From: an uncultured Methanomicrobiaceae archaeon
GTDB taxonomy: Archaea; Halobacteriota; Methanomicrobia; Methanomicrobiales; Methanoculleaceae
DNA length: 64,000 nucleotides
Assembly: GCA_963826525.1 (NCBI GenBank)
Contig: CAWGXH010000005.1
Coordinates: forward strand, 295,933 to 359,932
Direction: 5' to 3'
The stretch's first letter is position 1, and each line of letters opens with the position of its first letter. The position numbers and the translations under genes were made by a program. Positions 33,508 through 43,674 of this stretch are shown piece by piece. The notes beneath the pieces are model-generated. The model did not search any database and was not told the DNA's origin. It saw only the letters and a program-made list of their open reading frames with translations.

Positions 33508-34485
33508 CTATCCTTTCCGCATCTCTCTCAGAAGTTCGGCGAAGCGATCCATGCTCTCGGCCGCTCCTTCCTCCATCCCCGATGCAAGCATCCCGTCGCG
33601 ATCTTCGACCGTCTGGAAGACGGATCGGTCCGTCATCTTCGTCCTGCCGTTCAGGTCCTCGAGCGTCACCGTCTCGAGCAGCACGTGGCCAGGCATGCCT
33701 TCGAACTCGAAGGTATAGATGAGCCGCTCGGGCGGCGTAATATCGTGATACACACCACGGAATGCGTACTCGTTGCCTTCGGCGTCGCGCTGGACGAAGC
33801 GCCAGATGCCGCCCGGCCGCACGTCCATCTGCTCGACCGTGGTCGTGAGGCTTCGTGGCCCCCACCAGCGGGGTATGAACTCCGGATCCGTGACCGCCCT
33901 CCACACGAGATCGCGCGGCGCGTCGAAGATGCGCGTCGTGACGATATCCTGCCGTCCCGGTTCAGCAGTACTATGCGTCTTCGCCATCGCGGCTTCCCCT
34001 TCCTCCAGGACCTTTGCGAGTTTGTCGAGAGATTCGTTCCACCCGGCCCTGCTCATATCGTACATCTGACCCGCCGGAATACCGGCCGAACGCAGAGTCA
34101 TCGTCGTCCTACCGTCGTCTTCTTCGAACGTCACCGTCACCAGGAGCTCGAGCGGCCAGTCTCCGCTCATCCCATAGTGCGAGGCCGGAACCACGTTGCC
34201 TTCCGCATCCGAGAACGAATCGGTGTAGACGATCTTCTCGGGCCTGGCGATCTCGCGATACTCGCCTGTGCTCCAGAACTCCTGCCCCTCGGGCGAGCGC
34301 ATGCACCAGAGATACCTGCCGCCCTCGCGGAGATCGATCCTGATGACCGGTGCGGTGAACCCTTTCGGTCCCCACCAGCGCATGAAGTATTCCGGCTCCG
34401 TCCATGCCTTCCACACGAGTTCCCGCGGCGCGTCGAAGGTGCGGGTGATGATCATTTCCTTGCGATCTTGCTCTGCTTTCATCAT
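33508..34485 (-). CDS. Tandem SRPBCC/Aha1-domain protein
   Basis: Two copies of TRxFDAPRxLVWxAxTxPE...WWGP. Confidence 0.9.
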   Translation of the reverse strand: MMKAEQDRKEMIITRTFDAPRELVWKAWTEPEYFMRWWGPKGFTAPVIRIDLREGGRYLWCMRSPEGQEFWSTGEYREIARPEKIVYTDSFSDAEGNVVPASHYGMSGDWPLELLVTVTFEEDDGRTTMTLRSAGIPAGQMYDMSRAGWNESLDKLAKVLEEGEAAMAKTHSTAEPGRQDIVTTRIFDAPRDLVWRAVTDPEFIPRWWGPRSLTTTVEQMDVRPGGIWRFVQRDAEGNEYAFRGVYHDITPPERLIYTFEFEGMPGHVLLETVTLEDLNGRTKMTDRSVFQTVEDRDGMLASGMEEGAAESMDRFAELLREMRKG

Positions 34486-34922
34486 AGCATGTTCACCTCA
34501 TAGGTGCCCCCCCTTGGTGACCGGATAGCAATGAATGCATCGCTGGTTCCGCACCCGTCCAGCAGCCCGGGTAGATCCGGATACGGTTGCCGCACGTATC
34601 GCTGAATACGTGACGAACGAACCGGAGCAATGCGGCAGGCAAAAATCGTCCTCAACCATTCCGCTTTCTCCCCACGGAGTCCGTCGTATGCCCGGGCCTT
34701 CCCTGCATGGTTACCTCCGAAGAGACTCCTGACCGGGCACACGAGATCGATCCGTCGGTATGGCGGCAATCCGCTGCGCTCTCAACAGAAATGATGAGGT
34801 CAATTCCAGAATCCGCACATTTGCGCGAGAAAGTATCGCGAAAGAGGGAGGGGGAGGGGCTCGTTCCCCAACCGGTAGAAACCCTGCCCGGCCTGTCTTC
34901 CGGCCTGCACCGGCAGACCCGT

Positions 34923-35427
34923 TCACCGGGTCATCAGCGCGTGGATGCCCCGCAGGATATCGATCGGTTCCGGTGGATTGCCCGGGACCTTCAGATCGAC
35001 GGGGAGGACGGCGTCGACTCCGCCGAGGACCGCGTAGGTCCCCCGGTAGATCCCACCGTCGCACGCGTCGTCTCCGACCGCTATGACGTACTTCGGGGCC
35101 GGCATCGCTTCGTAGGTCTTCTTCACCGCAACCTCCATGTTCCGCGTCACCGCACCGGTGACGAGAAGGAGGTCCGCGTGGCGGGGCGACGCGACGAACG
35201 AGATGCCGAACCGTTCTACATCGTAATGCGGAGACGAGAGCAGGTTTATCTCGATCTCCGTCGCGTTGTCGCTCCCGGAGTCAAGTTCGCGGATGGCGAG
35301 GCTCCGCCTCATCCTATCGTCGACGGCCGCCTTCAATTCCCTGCCGATCGCCTCGAACTCCGGGTCGGAGAGAGGGATATCTTCGGTCGTTTTCCGGGAG
35401 ATAACATTCCTGAGGTACTGGTAGCAT
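34923..35427 (-). CDS. NuoB/HyfI-like small subunit of an Ehr-type complex, lacking the Fe-S cysteines (1-nt shift just after the start)
   Basis: YDVERFGISFVASPRHADLLLVTGAVT and PKYVIAVG are family motifs. Ligand sites read GSDNAT, GDDAC and PGNPP. Confidence 0.85.
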
Positions 35428-35437
35428 TCCTGTCACC

Positions 35438-37021
35438 TCATAGATCGGTCCCGGCGTACGAGAGGTTGAGGCTCTTGTTGATCACCGGGAAGTCTGCCAC
35501 GATGTTCCCCATCACGGCGTGCTGGATCGCCTGCCAGGTGCAGAACGATGCTGTCCTGACCGAGTAGCGGTCGATCCTGCCGTCTCTCACCCGGACCCAG
35601 TGGACGTTCTGCCCGCGGGCGGACTCGACCATCCCCCGGGCATATCCGTCCGGCACGCCGTCGTCCTCTGCGATCACCGGCCCGTTCGGCAGGTGCTCGA
35701 GGCACGAGCGGATCATCGAGAGCGAATCCATGACCTCGGACGCCTTCAGGCTGAACCGGGCGAGCACATCTCCGCCGGTAAGTGTCCGCACCGGCGGTAC
35801 GATCTCGGCGTAGGCACCGTACGGGTGGTCACGGCGGACGTCGCGGTTCGCTCCCGATGCACGAGCGGCTGGCCCTGTGATGTGGAGCGGGCGGACAAGC
35901 CGCGGCTCGATGATACCGGTCGTTGCAAAGCGGTCGATGACCGTCGGCGAGGCGAGGACGATCTTCAGCGAATCACGGAGCCGTTCCTCCGCACCGGGCA
36001 GGAAACAGGATAGGCTCCGGATCCGGTCGTGCGAGATATCAGCGTCGACCCCGCCGATCCTGACGGCGCCCCGCATGAACCGCGACCCGGTCAGATCCCG
36101 GTTCATGCGGAAGAACTCCTCGCGGAGCACCGTGAAACGGTTGGCGCCGACGGGATACGCGACATCCACGAGCATCCCGGCCAGATCCCCGAGATGGGAG
36201 CAGATCCGTTCGAGCTCGGCGTAGATCGTCCGGAGGTATTCCGCACGGTCCGGGACGTCTATCCCTGCAATCTTCTCGATCGCAAGCGAGAACCCGAGGG
36301 CGTTCGCGACACTTTCGTCGCCGCTGATCGCTTCGGCGACGGCGACGCACTCGCGCGGTCTCTTCCCTTCGGCGAGTTTCTCTATACCCCGGTGTTTGTA
36401 GAACATCCGCACCTCGAGGTTCGCGATGGTCTCGCCGATCACGCTGAACCTGAAGTGGCCCGGCTCGATAATTCCCGCGTGCACCGGCCCGACCGGGATC
36501 TGATACACGCCCTCCCCCTCGACCGGCATAAATCGGTACTCCTCCTCGGGGGTGATGGCGGTCCTCGGCGAGAATGGTCTGTTGGGAACCGATCTCTTCA
36601 GCGGGTGGAAGCCCTCGGGGTAACACTCGTGGAGGACGAGCCTTCTTTTATCGAACGCATCCGGAAAATCGATCCCGAAGAGGTCACGGATCTTGCGCTC
36701 GTACCACGACGCCGAGGAAAAGATGCGGTCGACGGAGGGAGCCGATCCCTCCTCGAGAGTGCACGAGAGCGTGAGAGTCTCCGGGATGCCCGGTTTTTCC
36801 ATACAGTAGAGCAGACCGGTTCTCTCCTCACGGTCGAACCCCTCGACACAGGTTATATCGACGAGCTCGAAGCCCCGTTCTGCGGCCAGGCTGCAGAACA
36901 AGACGATCTCGCCGGGGTTAATCCCGACGGAGACCTCTCCGGGCAGGATCCGTTCGGGAACGGTGCCGGGTTTCAGTATCCCAAGCTCGGCGAGCATATC
37001 TCCTTCAGTCACGTTAGACAC
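35438..37021 (-). CDS. NuoC/D-like (HyfG-like) large subunit without NiFe-binding motifs (Ehr-type)
   Basis: WYERKIRDLFG, GPVHAGIIEPGHFRF, YKHRGIEK, ELERICSHL. EAISGDES and ADFPVINKSLNLSY replace both CxxC motifs. Confidence 0.9.
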   Translation of the reverse strand: MSNVTEGDMLAELGILKPGTVPERILPGEVSVGINPGEIVLFCSLAAERGFELVDITCVEGFDREERTGLLYCMEKPGIPETLTLSCTLEEGSAPSVDRIFSSASWYERKIRDLFGIDFPDAFDKRRLVLHECYPEGFHPLKRSVPNRPFSPRTAITPEEEYRFMPVEGEGVYQIPVGPVHAGIIEPGHFRFSVIGETIANLEVRMFYKHRGIEKLAEGKRPRECVAVAEAISGDESVANALGFSLAIEKIAGIDVPDRAEYLRTIYAELERICSHLGDLAGMLVDVAYPVGANRFTVLREEFFRMNRDLTGSRFMRGAVRIGGVDADISHDRIRSLSCFLPGAEERLRDSLKIVLASPTVIDRFATTGIIEPRLVRPLHITGPAARASGANRDVRRDHPYGAYAEIVPPVRTLTGGDVLARFSLKASEVMDSLSMIRSCLEHLPNGPVIAEDDGVPDGYARGMVESARGQNVHWVRVRDGRIDRYSVRTASFCTWQAIQHAVMGNIVADFPVINKSLNLSYAGTDL

Positions 37022-38498
37022 CTCCGAAGCCGAGTTCGGCGACGATCTGCGAGATCACCGAGACCTCCTGCACCGGGAACCAGAGTCCCTGGATCGTGAT
37101 GATGACGATAAGCAGGACAAAGGGCAGGCGCATCCCGAGTGGGACCGCATAGCGGTGCGGCTGCCGGCCGTCCGCCTCAGATCTGGCCGAAAACTCACGG
37201 ATCAGGAACCGTGCCATGCCCGCGACCGTGATCATGATAAGGAAGAGCGTCGCCGCAAGGAGCCAGGGGGAGACGGTCGCTATCTGGGTGAGCAGGAAGA
37301 ACTTGGTGTAGAAGATCGGGAACGGCGGCATGCCGACGATGGCAAGGGCGCCGACGATCATGCCCCAGGCGGCCGAAGGCTGCAGATCGAAGACATCGAC
37401 GATCCGGTCGTCCGCCCCCGGTTCGTGGTTCCGGTACTGCCGATGAAGAATTCCCGCCGAGAGGAAGAGCGATGCCTTCGTCAGCGAGTGGGCGAGCATG
37501 TGGATGACCACCCAGAAGATCGCGAGGGGCGACCCGACGCCGATGCCGAGGAGGAGGAGACCCATATTCTCGATACTCGAGAAGGCGATGAGTTTCTTGA
37601 GGTTCGTCTGGTAGAGCATCGCAAAGGATGCGATCCCGACCGAGAGGAGACCCGATACGAAGAGGATCAGGGAGACCCTCTCCGCGATCGGGGTCTGGTG
37701 AACGAGGGCGAAGACCCTGATGATCCCGTAGATGCCGACGTTGAGAAGAGCGCCCGAGAGGATGGCGCTCACGGCCGACGGTGCCTTCGAGTGGGCGTCG
37801 GGAAGCCAGGTGTGGAACGGGACGACACCCGATTTGGCGGCGAATCCGATGAAGAGGAAGACGAAGGCGGCAAAGAGCAGGGTCGGCGGGAAGGAGGCGG
37901 CGTGCTGCATCAGCACCGTCCAGGTGAGCGTCCCCTCCCCGAGGGTGCTCCGCGCGGTTTCGAAGAGGAAGATGATACCGGCAAACGAGAAGAGCATCGC
38001 GATGGATGCAATGAAGATGTACTTCAGTGCGGCGTCGATGTTCTCCCGGGCAGCAAGGATCGCAACGAGCAGGGCGGAGAATACCGTCGTCAGTTCGGCG
38101 AGGATCCAGAAGAGCCCGAGATTATCTGCAAAGAACGCAAGGGTGACGAAGAGCTGGAGGAGCGCAAGGCCGATATAGAAGAGCCGAAGGTTCTTCGGGT
38201 GAAGTTCGCCGGTCTCCATCAGCCGTTCGGTATATCCCCCTGCGTAGATGCTTGCGAAGAGGAAGACGATACCGGAGACGACGGCCAGGAAAACGCCGAG
38301 ATGGTCTGCAAAGAAGATCCCGCTTCCGAAATCAAGGTTGGCCTTCGGCAACGGCACGGTCAGGATAAGGGTGCCTGTTACGGCGAGAAGCGCGGCGCTC
38401 TCGACGGCGGCGAGGATGTGCAGGATGCGGCGATGCCCTATCAGCGCGAAACCGATGATCGCGGCGAGCACGATGAGCGGATAGGCGACGAGGATCAT
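37014..38498 (-). CDS. HyfF-like antiporter-type membrane subunit
   Basis: WILAELTT, AALKY, KSGVVPFHTWLPDAHSKAPSAVSA, IAFSSIEN, HSLTKASLF. Confidence 0.9.
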   Translation of the reverse strand: MILVAYPLIVLAAIIGFALIGHRRILHILAAVESAALLAVTGTLILTVPLPKANLDFGSGIFFADHLGVFLAVVSGIVFLFASIYAGGYTERLMETGELHPKNLRLFYIGLALLQLFVTLAFFADNLGLFWILAELTTVFSALLVAILAARENIDAALKYIFIASIAMLFSFAGIIFLFETARSTLGEGTLTWTVLMQHAASFPPTLLFAAFVFLFIGFAAKSGVVPFHTWLPDAHSKAPSAVSAILSGALLNVGIYGIIRVFALVHQTPIAERVSLILFVSGLLSVGIASFAMLYQTNLKKLIAFSSIENMGLLLLGIGVGSPLAIFWVVIHMLAHSLTKASLFLSAGILHRQYRNHEPGADDRIVDVFDLQPSAAWGMIVGALAIVGMPPFPIFYTKFFLLTQIATVSPWLLAATLFLIMITVAGMARFLIREFSARSEADGRQPHRYAVPLGMRLPFVLLIVIITIQGLWFPVQEVSVISQIVAELGFGGV

Positions 38499-39187
38499 GG
38501 AGCGTCCTCCCGCACGGTCCAGAGCGAATACTGTTTGAGTTTCTCTTCGTAGGCTTCGAGGGTGGAGTCGATACCGACGGTCAGGATTGTGGTCAGGAGT
38601 ACCAGGATGATGAGATCGATCATGATCATGACTTCCATGATGAACGGGAGTTCGGTGACGCAGATACCGAAGAGGAGGAGTCCGTTCTCCATCGAGAGAA
38701 AGCCGAGCACCTTGGTGATCGCCTTCTTCCGCGAGAAGACGACGAGCATTCCCATCAGCATCAGCGAGATCCCGATGACGGCGCCGAAGAAGAACGTCGG
38801 TTCGGACTCCGCATAGGTCGATAGGATGTTGCCGAGAGAGAGGTAGACGCCGATGATCAGCGCTATGGAGACGAGGATCGAGCTCGCGGGTGCCAGGTAA
38901 TGGAACTCCAGGTCGCGGCGGATACTGATCCGCTCCTGGATCTCTCCGATGAAGTACGGAATGATGAGCACCTTGCTCGCGACCGTGAGAGCGGCGATCC
39001 AGAGGAGAATGGTGCTTCCTTCCACGAGGGAGAATACCACCGCAAGTACTGCAAGCAGGAGCGACTGCAGCCGGTAGGTCGTGAGCAGGGCGGGAAGCGA
39101 CCGGGTCGATATCAGGAAGACGGCCGTGATGACGACCGCGGCGAAGATGAACCTGACGATGCCGTCGAGGGATAAGATTTCGGTCAT
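38495..39187 (-). CDS. HyfE-like membrane subunit
   Basis: YRLQS, KVLIIP, GFLSMENG. Confidence 0.85.
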   Translation of the reverse strand: MTEILSLDGIVRFIFAAVVITAVFLISTRSLPALLTTYRLQSLLLAVLAVVFSLVEGSTILLWIAALTVASKVLIIPYFIGEIQERISIRRDLEFHYLAPASSILVSIALIIGVYLSLGNILSTYAESEPTFFFGAVIGISLMLMGMLVVFSRKKAITKVLGFLSMENGLLLFGICVTELPFIMEVMIMIDLIILVLLTTILTVGIDSTLEAYEEKLKQYSLWTVREDAP

Positions 39188-40125
39188 GCGAACACCTCGA
39201 TGAAGATCGTGAGCACCGAGAAGAAGTAGGCGATGATGAAGAGGTTCGGGAGGGAGAAGAGCCGCATCTTCGCGATAGAGGACTCAAAGAGACCGATGAT
39301 CACCGAGATGACCGATCCCTTCACCGCAAAGAGGGCCATGGCGAGGAGGATGCCGCCCGCCGAGAGTTCGGTCACGAGCCCGAAAGGCATCAGCACCGAG
39401 ATCAGGATGGCGATGAGGAGCGTCTGCTTGATGGCGCCGGCATACTCCATCATTGCCAGGTTTCGTCCCGACTGTTCGAGAACCATGCCTTCGTGCACCA
39501 TGGTCAGCTCGAGATGGGTCTCCGGGTTGTCGACCGGGATCCGGCCGGTCTCGACGATCAGAATGATGAAGAGCGAAACGGCAACGAGGATCATCGTCAC
39601 GCTCGCCGGGAAGAATGCTCCCGCCGTCTCCCGCGCGATATCGAGAAGGTTGAGCGATTGGGCAACGACGGCGAGCGCCGCCAGGACGACGATGGAGGTC
39701 GGTTCGATGACGGCTGCAAGGCTCATCTCCCGCGAGGAGCCCATCCCGCCGAAGGCGCTTCCGGCGTCGAGGCCGGAGAGCGCCGTAAAGAACCGGGCCG
39801 TCCCGAGCAGGTAGAGGAAGAGGATGACGTTCCCGAATCCGGCCACCGGTTCGGGGACGTACAGCAGGGGCACGAAGAGCGTCGCGACGACGGCCATGCT
39901 CAGGCAGACATAGGGAGTGACCCGCATGACCCACGAGGAGGCCGATGAGTAGACCGTCTCTTTCCCGAGGAGCTTTGCGATGGTGTAGTACGTCTGGAAA
40001 AGGCTCGGTCCGCGCCGTCCCTGCGACCAGGCCTTCACCTTCTTGATCAGGCTCATGAAGAGCGGTGAGATCAGGAGAACGAAACCGATGTTCAGCAGTG
40101 CGAAGACGATGAAGGAGCCGTTCAT
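39184..40125 (-). CDS. HyfC/NuoH-like membrane subunit
   Basis: QGRRGPS, FGGMGSSRE, ETGRIPVDNPETHLELTMVHE. Confidence 0.9.
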   Translation of the reverse strand: MNGSFIVFALLNIGFVLLISPLFMSLIKKVKAWSQGRRGPSLFQTYYTIAKLLGKETVYSSASSWVMRVTPYVCLSMAVVATLFVPLLYVPEPVAGFGNVILFLYLLGTARFFTALSGLDAGSAFGGMGSSREMSLAAVIEPTSIVVLAALAVVAQSLNLLDIARETAGAFFPASVTMILVAVSLFIILIVETGRIPVDNPETHLELTMVHEGMVLEQSGRNLAMMEYAGAIKQTLLIAILISVLMPFGLVTELSAGGILLAMALFAVKGSVISVIIGLFESSIAKMRLFSLPNLFIIAYFFSVLTIFIEVFA

Positions 40126-42063
40126 ACGAACCACCCCATGCCGAGCACCAGGATGACGATGCTCACGAAGATATAGAGTACGTAGGTATCCAGAGTTCCC
40201 GCATGGAAGTTTCGGACGAGCGAGGAGACGGCGAGGGCTCCCCGGGCCACCGGGAGGTAGAGGTACTCCTCGAAGAACCTGATCAGCGAGATCTCGGCGC
40301 GGGCTCCTGCCACGATCGCCCGGTCAGGGTCGAGCCAGGTCTTCTCGATCTTCTTATTTGTCCGGTATACGGAGGAGAATATGGTGACCACGGGCTCTGA
40401 GTATCCCGTTCCCGTATACTCCATCCGACCGTTCTGGGAGAGGAGGCCGCATCCCCACGTCTCCGCAACCCGCGTTTCCCGCGAGGCGGTTGCCGCCACC
40501 GCGAGGAAGACGGCGCCGAGGGTTATGGCTATCAGCATGCCGACGACGAGCATGTCGGGCAGGGGGAGGTCGTAGCCGAGGACCGAGAAGATTCTGGAAC
40601 GAACCGATACCCGTTGCCACGCAGAGGCCGGCCAGGATCCCGGGCCCGATAAGCATCGACCTGCACGGTTCCTCCGCATGCATGGCACGGTCCGACCGGG
40701 GAAGGGCAAGGAAGGTGATCCCGAAGGCCTTGACGAAGCAGGCAGCCGCAAGGGCTCCGGTCAGGGCGAAGAGCGAGAGGGCGAAGATGAGGAGAACCTT
40801 CGTGAGCGGATCGACGACCTGGAGGCCGAAGAAGAGCGACTCAAAGAGCATCAGTTCGCTGATGAAACCGTTCAGCGGCGGGAACGCGGCGATGGCGATC
40901 GCTCCTACGGAGAAGAGGCCCGCGGTGAACGGCATCCGGTGGACGAGCCCCCCCATCTCTTCCATGTTCCGGGTGTGGGTGGCGGCGACGACGGAACCCG
41001 CCGCCATGAAGAGGAGACTCTTGAAGAGGGCGTGGTTGAAGGAGTGGAAGAGAGCCGCAAGGAGACTGAGCGTCGAGAGCGCCGGCATGCCGAGGTCGGA
41101 GAAGATCACGGCGAGACCAATCCCGCCGAAGATGATCCCGATGTTCTCGATGCTGCTGTAGGCGAGCAGACCCTTGATATCGGTCTCTTTATAGGCATAA
41201 ATGATCCCGAGGATCGCGCTCGCGGTGCCGAAGAGAAGAATGACGGCGCCCCAGGTGAAGTCGAGCCTGAATATATCGAGGACTGCGCGCACGAGGCCGT
41301 ATACAGCGACCTTCAGCATCACGCCCGACATCAGGGCGGAGATATTCGAGGGGCTGGCCGGGTGGGCGTACGGAAGCCACTTGTGGAACGGGATAACGCC
41401 TGCCTTGACCGCGAAACCGAGGAAGAGGCAGAGGAATGCCGCGAGAGCCCCGGGGGAAACGAGCGGCGAGGCCGGGATGAGGGCAAATGTCCCCGTCTCG
41501 CCGTAGAGGAGAATAAAGCCGATAAGGAGGAAGACCGTGGAGAGCTGGGTCATCACCGCGTAGAAGAGTCCTGCCCGTCCGATCCCTTCGCTCTCGAAGT
41601 CGTAGAGGACGAGGAGAAGCGAAGCGACGGCCATCATCTCCCAGAAGACAAGGAACTGGATTGTGGTTCCGGCGAGGATCACCATTCCCATCGAGAGGAG
41701 GAAGAGGTTCATCAGGGAGACGAGCAGGTTCCTCCGCCGGGGATGGTCGCAGTGCTCCACGTATCCGAAGGAATAGACGGCATCGGCGATGCCGACGACG
41801 CCCAGGATCAGAAGGAAGAGCGCCGAGAGTCTGTCGAGCACGACGGTGAAATCGACTCCGGGGAGCAGATGCCAGAGCGTCGCGGAGACGGTCGTATCCT
41901 GCAGGAGCACCGGAAGTGCGGCTCCCGCAAGGAAGGCTGATCCGAACCCGGTCGCGATGAGCGAGATCGTCCGGACATGCGTATCCTCCCGCCTGATGAG
42001 GAGGGGGAGGGCGGTGCCCAGAAGGAGCGCGAAGAAGCCGGCAAACAGGAGGTAAAGAGTCAT
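40122..42063 (-). CDS. HyfB-like antiporter-type membrane subunit (frameshift near 40590)
   Basis: FWEMM, KAGVIPFHKWLPYAHPASPSNISALMSG, LAYSSIEN, PPLNGFISE, and C-terminal TWGCG...MEYT. Confidence 0.9.
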
Positions 42064-42090
42064 TCCTATCACGTCCGTTGATTGTTCCGG

Positions 42091-42699
42091 TTATACTCGC
42101 GCCTTGCCCGGTTCCCGCTTCATGGGCGTGACCTCAAGGGTCTCCAGTGATCCGCTATTGAAGCTGAACCGCTCCCGGATCGTCTTAGGAAGTTCCCTCT
42201 CGAGGATAGTGAAAAAACCGAAAGATGCGTAAAAACCGACGAGCTCGGTGCGGGAGTGCATGTACAAAACCTCCCGCTCACCACATTCGCGGATGAGAAG
42301 ATCCATCAGTTGTCTGGCGACTCCCCGGCCCCGATACTCGGGAAGAACGAAGACGCCGTCCACGTCGTACCCGTCCGGATGCGTGCGGCACCGGGCGGCA
42401 CCGATAAGGTATCCTCCGATCAACGCTCCGAAGATCCTGTCGCTGCCCGGATGCGCCTTCTGGTCGTGGTAGTGGCTCCATACCTCTCTTTCGACACGCA
42501 GGAACTCGTGGGGAAAGAGTTCGCGTATCTCAAGGCGGCCTTCGATCCCCGTGGATGCCTGCGCTGCACGTGTCTGGCGGAATTTTCTCTTCAAACCTTC
42601 AATAGTCCGAACATCCTCGGCAACGATCGTCTGGAGCGTGAGGAGGGACAGATCTTCATCGGGATTATGAATGCTATGCTCTGGCATATCGGAAATCAT
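42091..42699 (-). CDS. GNAT family N-acetyltransferase
   Basis: VFVLPEYRGRGVA, FYASFGF. Confidence 0.85.
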   Translation of the reverse strand: MISDMPEHSIHNPDEDLSLLTLQTIVAEDVRTIEGLKRKFRQTRAAQASTGIEGRLEIRELFPHEFLRVEREVWSHYHDQKAHPGSDRIFGALIGGYLIGAARCRTHPDGYDVDGVFVLPEYRGRGVARQLMDLLIRECGEREVLYMHSRTELVGFYASFGFFTILERELPKTIRERFSFNSGSLETLEVTPMKREPGKARV

Positions 42700-42912
42700 G
42701 CTGTATCGTGACCTCGTACGGAATTTATTCTGGAGTCATGGAGATCTCAGGGCCTCACGGCATGCCCGCCGGATAGTGAAGTGCCGGGCACGAGAACCTG
42801 CGGAACGCTGGTGATTCCATGCGCGTTGAAAATAGGCCTCCCGAATTCAAATCGGCAATCTCGAGAGGTTTTTTAGGTTGATTATCGAGTGTATCACCAG
42901 TAAGCGTCCTTG

Positions 42913-42934
42913 GGTATTACTGTTCAATAATACC
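42913..42934. promoter_or_regulatory. Palindromic operator GGTATTA-N8-TAATACC next to the TATA box of the GNAT-Ehr operon
   Basis: Perfect 7-bp arms (9/10 extended) immediately 3' of minus-strand CTATAAAT. Confidence 0.6.
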
Positions 42935-43674
42935 ATTTATAGTTTGCCCACGAAAAGATGGGTGTCTGCAGCCCTTTTAAGATTTGCGTGGTTTCGAGGC
43001 ATCCCAATCTGCGATGCGCCGGGATCTGCCGGATTTCTATCCGGGTTCCTGCGAGGAGAACCGGAAGGTGGTATCGATGAGATGTTGATGGAAGCACCAT
43101 CGCGGAGGCTCGTATCGCCGAACCACCCAAAGATCATCCCGGATGCGGCTCTTCGAGATCAGGGGAGAAACGGGTAGTACCTCGATGTACATGGTGCACG
43201 GCATCGGCAACGTCGATCCGGCAGCACCCGGAGAAACACGGTATCGGTGGAAGACCCCTACCATATACCCGGCCCGCGGCCTGCCTACCGAACGGAAAGC
43301 GTCGGTGCCTCCTCCTCCGCCCGAAGAGGAGCGCGGCCGCCGCCATTCCCGTGCGTCTGTGAGGGCGAGCCTATCCCGCCGCTCGGCGACCCCGGTTCGG
43401 TCACGGTGACGTAGTCAGCGCGGCGGCAGGTGTCGGTCTCATCGGCATTCGTCAGGGTCACGGCGAACTGCTGCAGGTCCGCGAAGTAGAAGCTTTCCCG
43501 TCTACACTTGCGGCAATCGTCTGGAGAAAAAACCCGGCTAACGCGTGAGATGACAGGTGAGCAGATGCCGGAAGACCGGAAGGTATTCTGGAAGGCAGCG
43601 AAATAAAAAAGGTCTTGTGGAATATTATAATATTCTAGCAATATAATTAGAACACACCGAGGGAGAGTCCTGCT

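Noticed and set aside
35438-37021. Functional [NiFe]-hydrogenase 4
   Set aside because: Both NiFe-binding CxxC motifs are absent. hypD in the window does not change this.
43060-43125. Fluoride riboswitch (GCGATGGTG start on minus strand)
   Set aside because: Downstream consensus elements are not recognisable and it lies upstream of the apparent TATA box.
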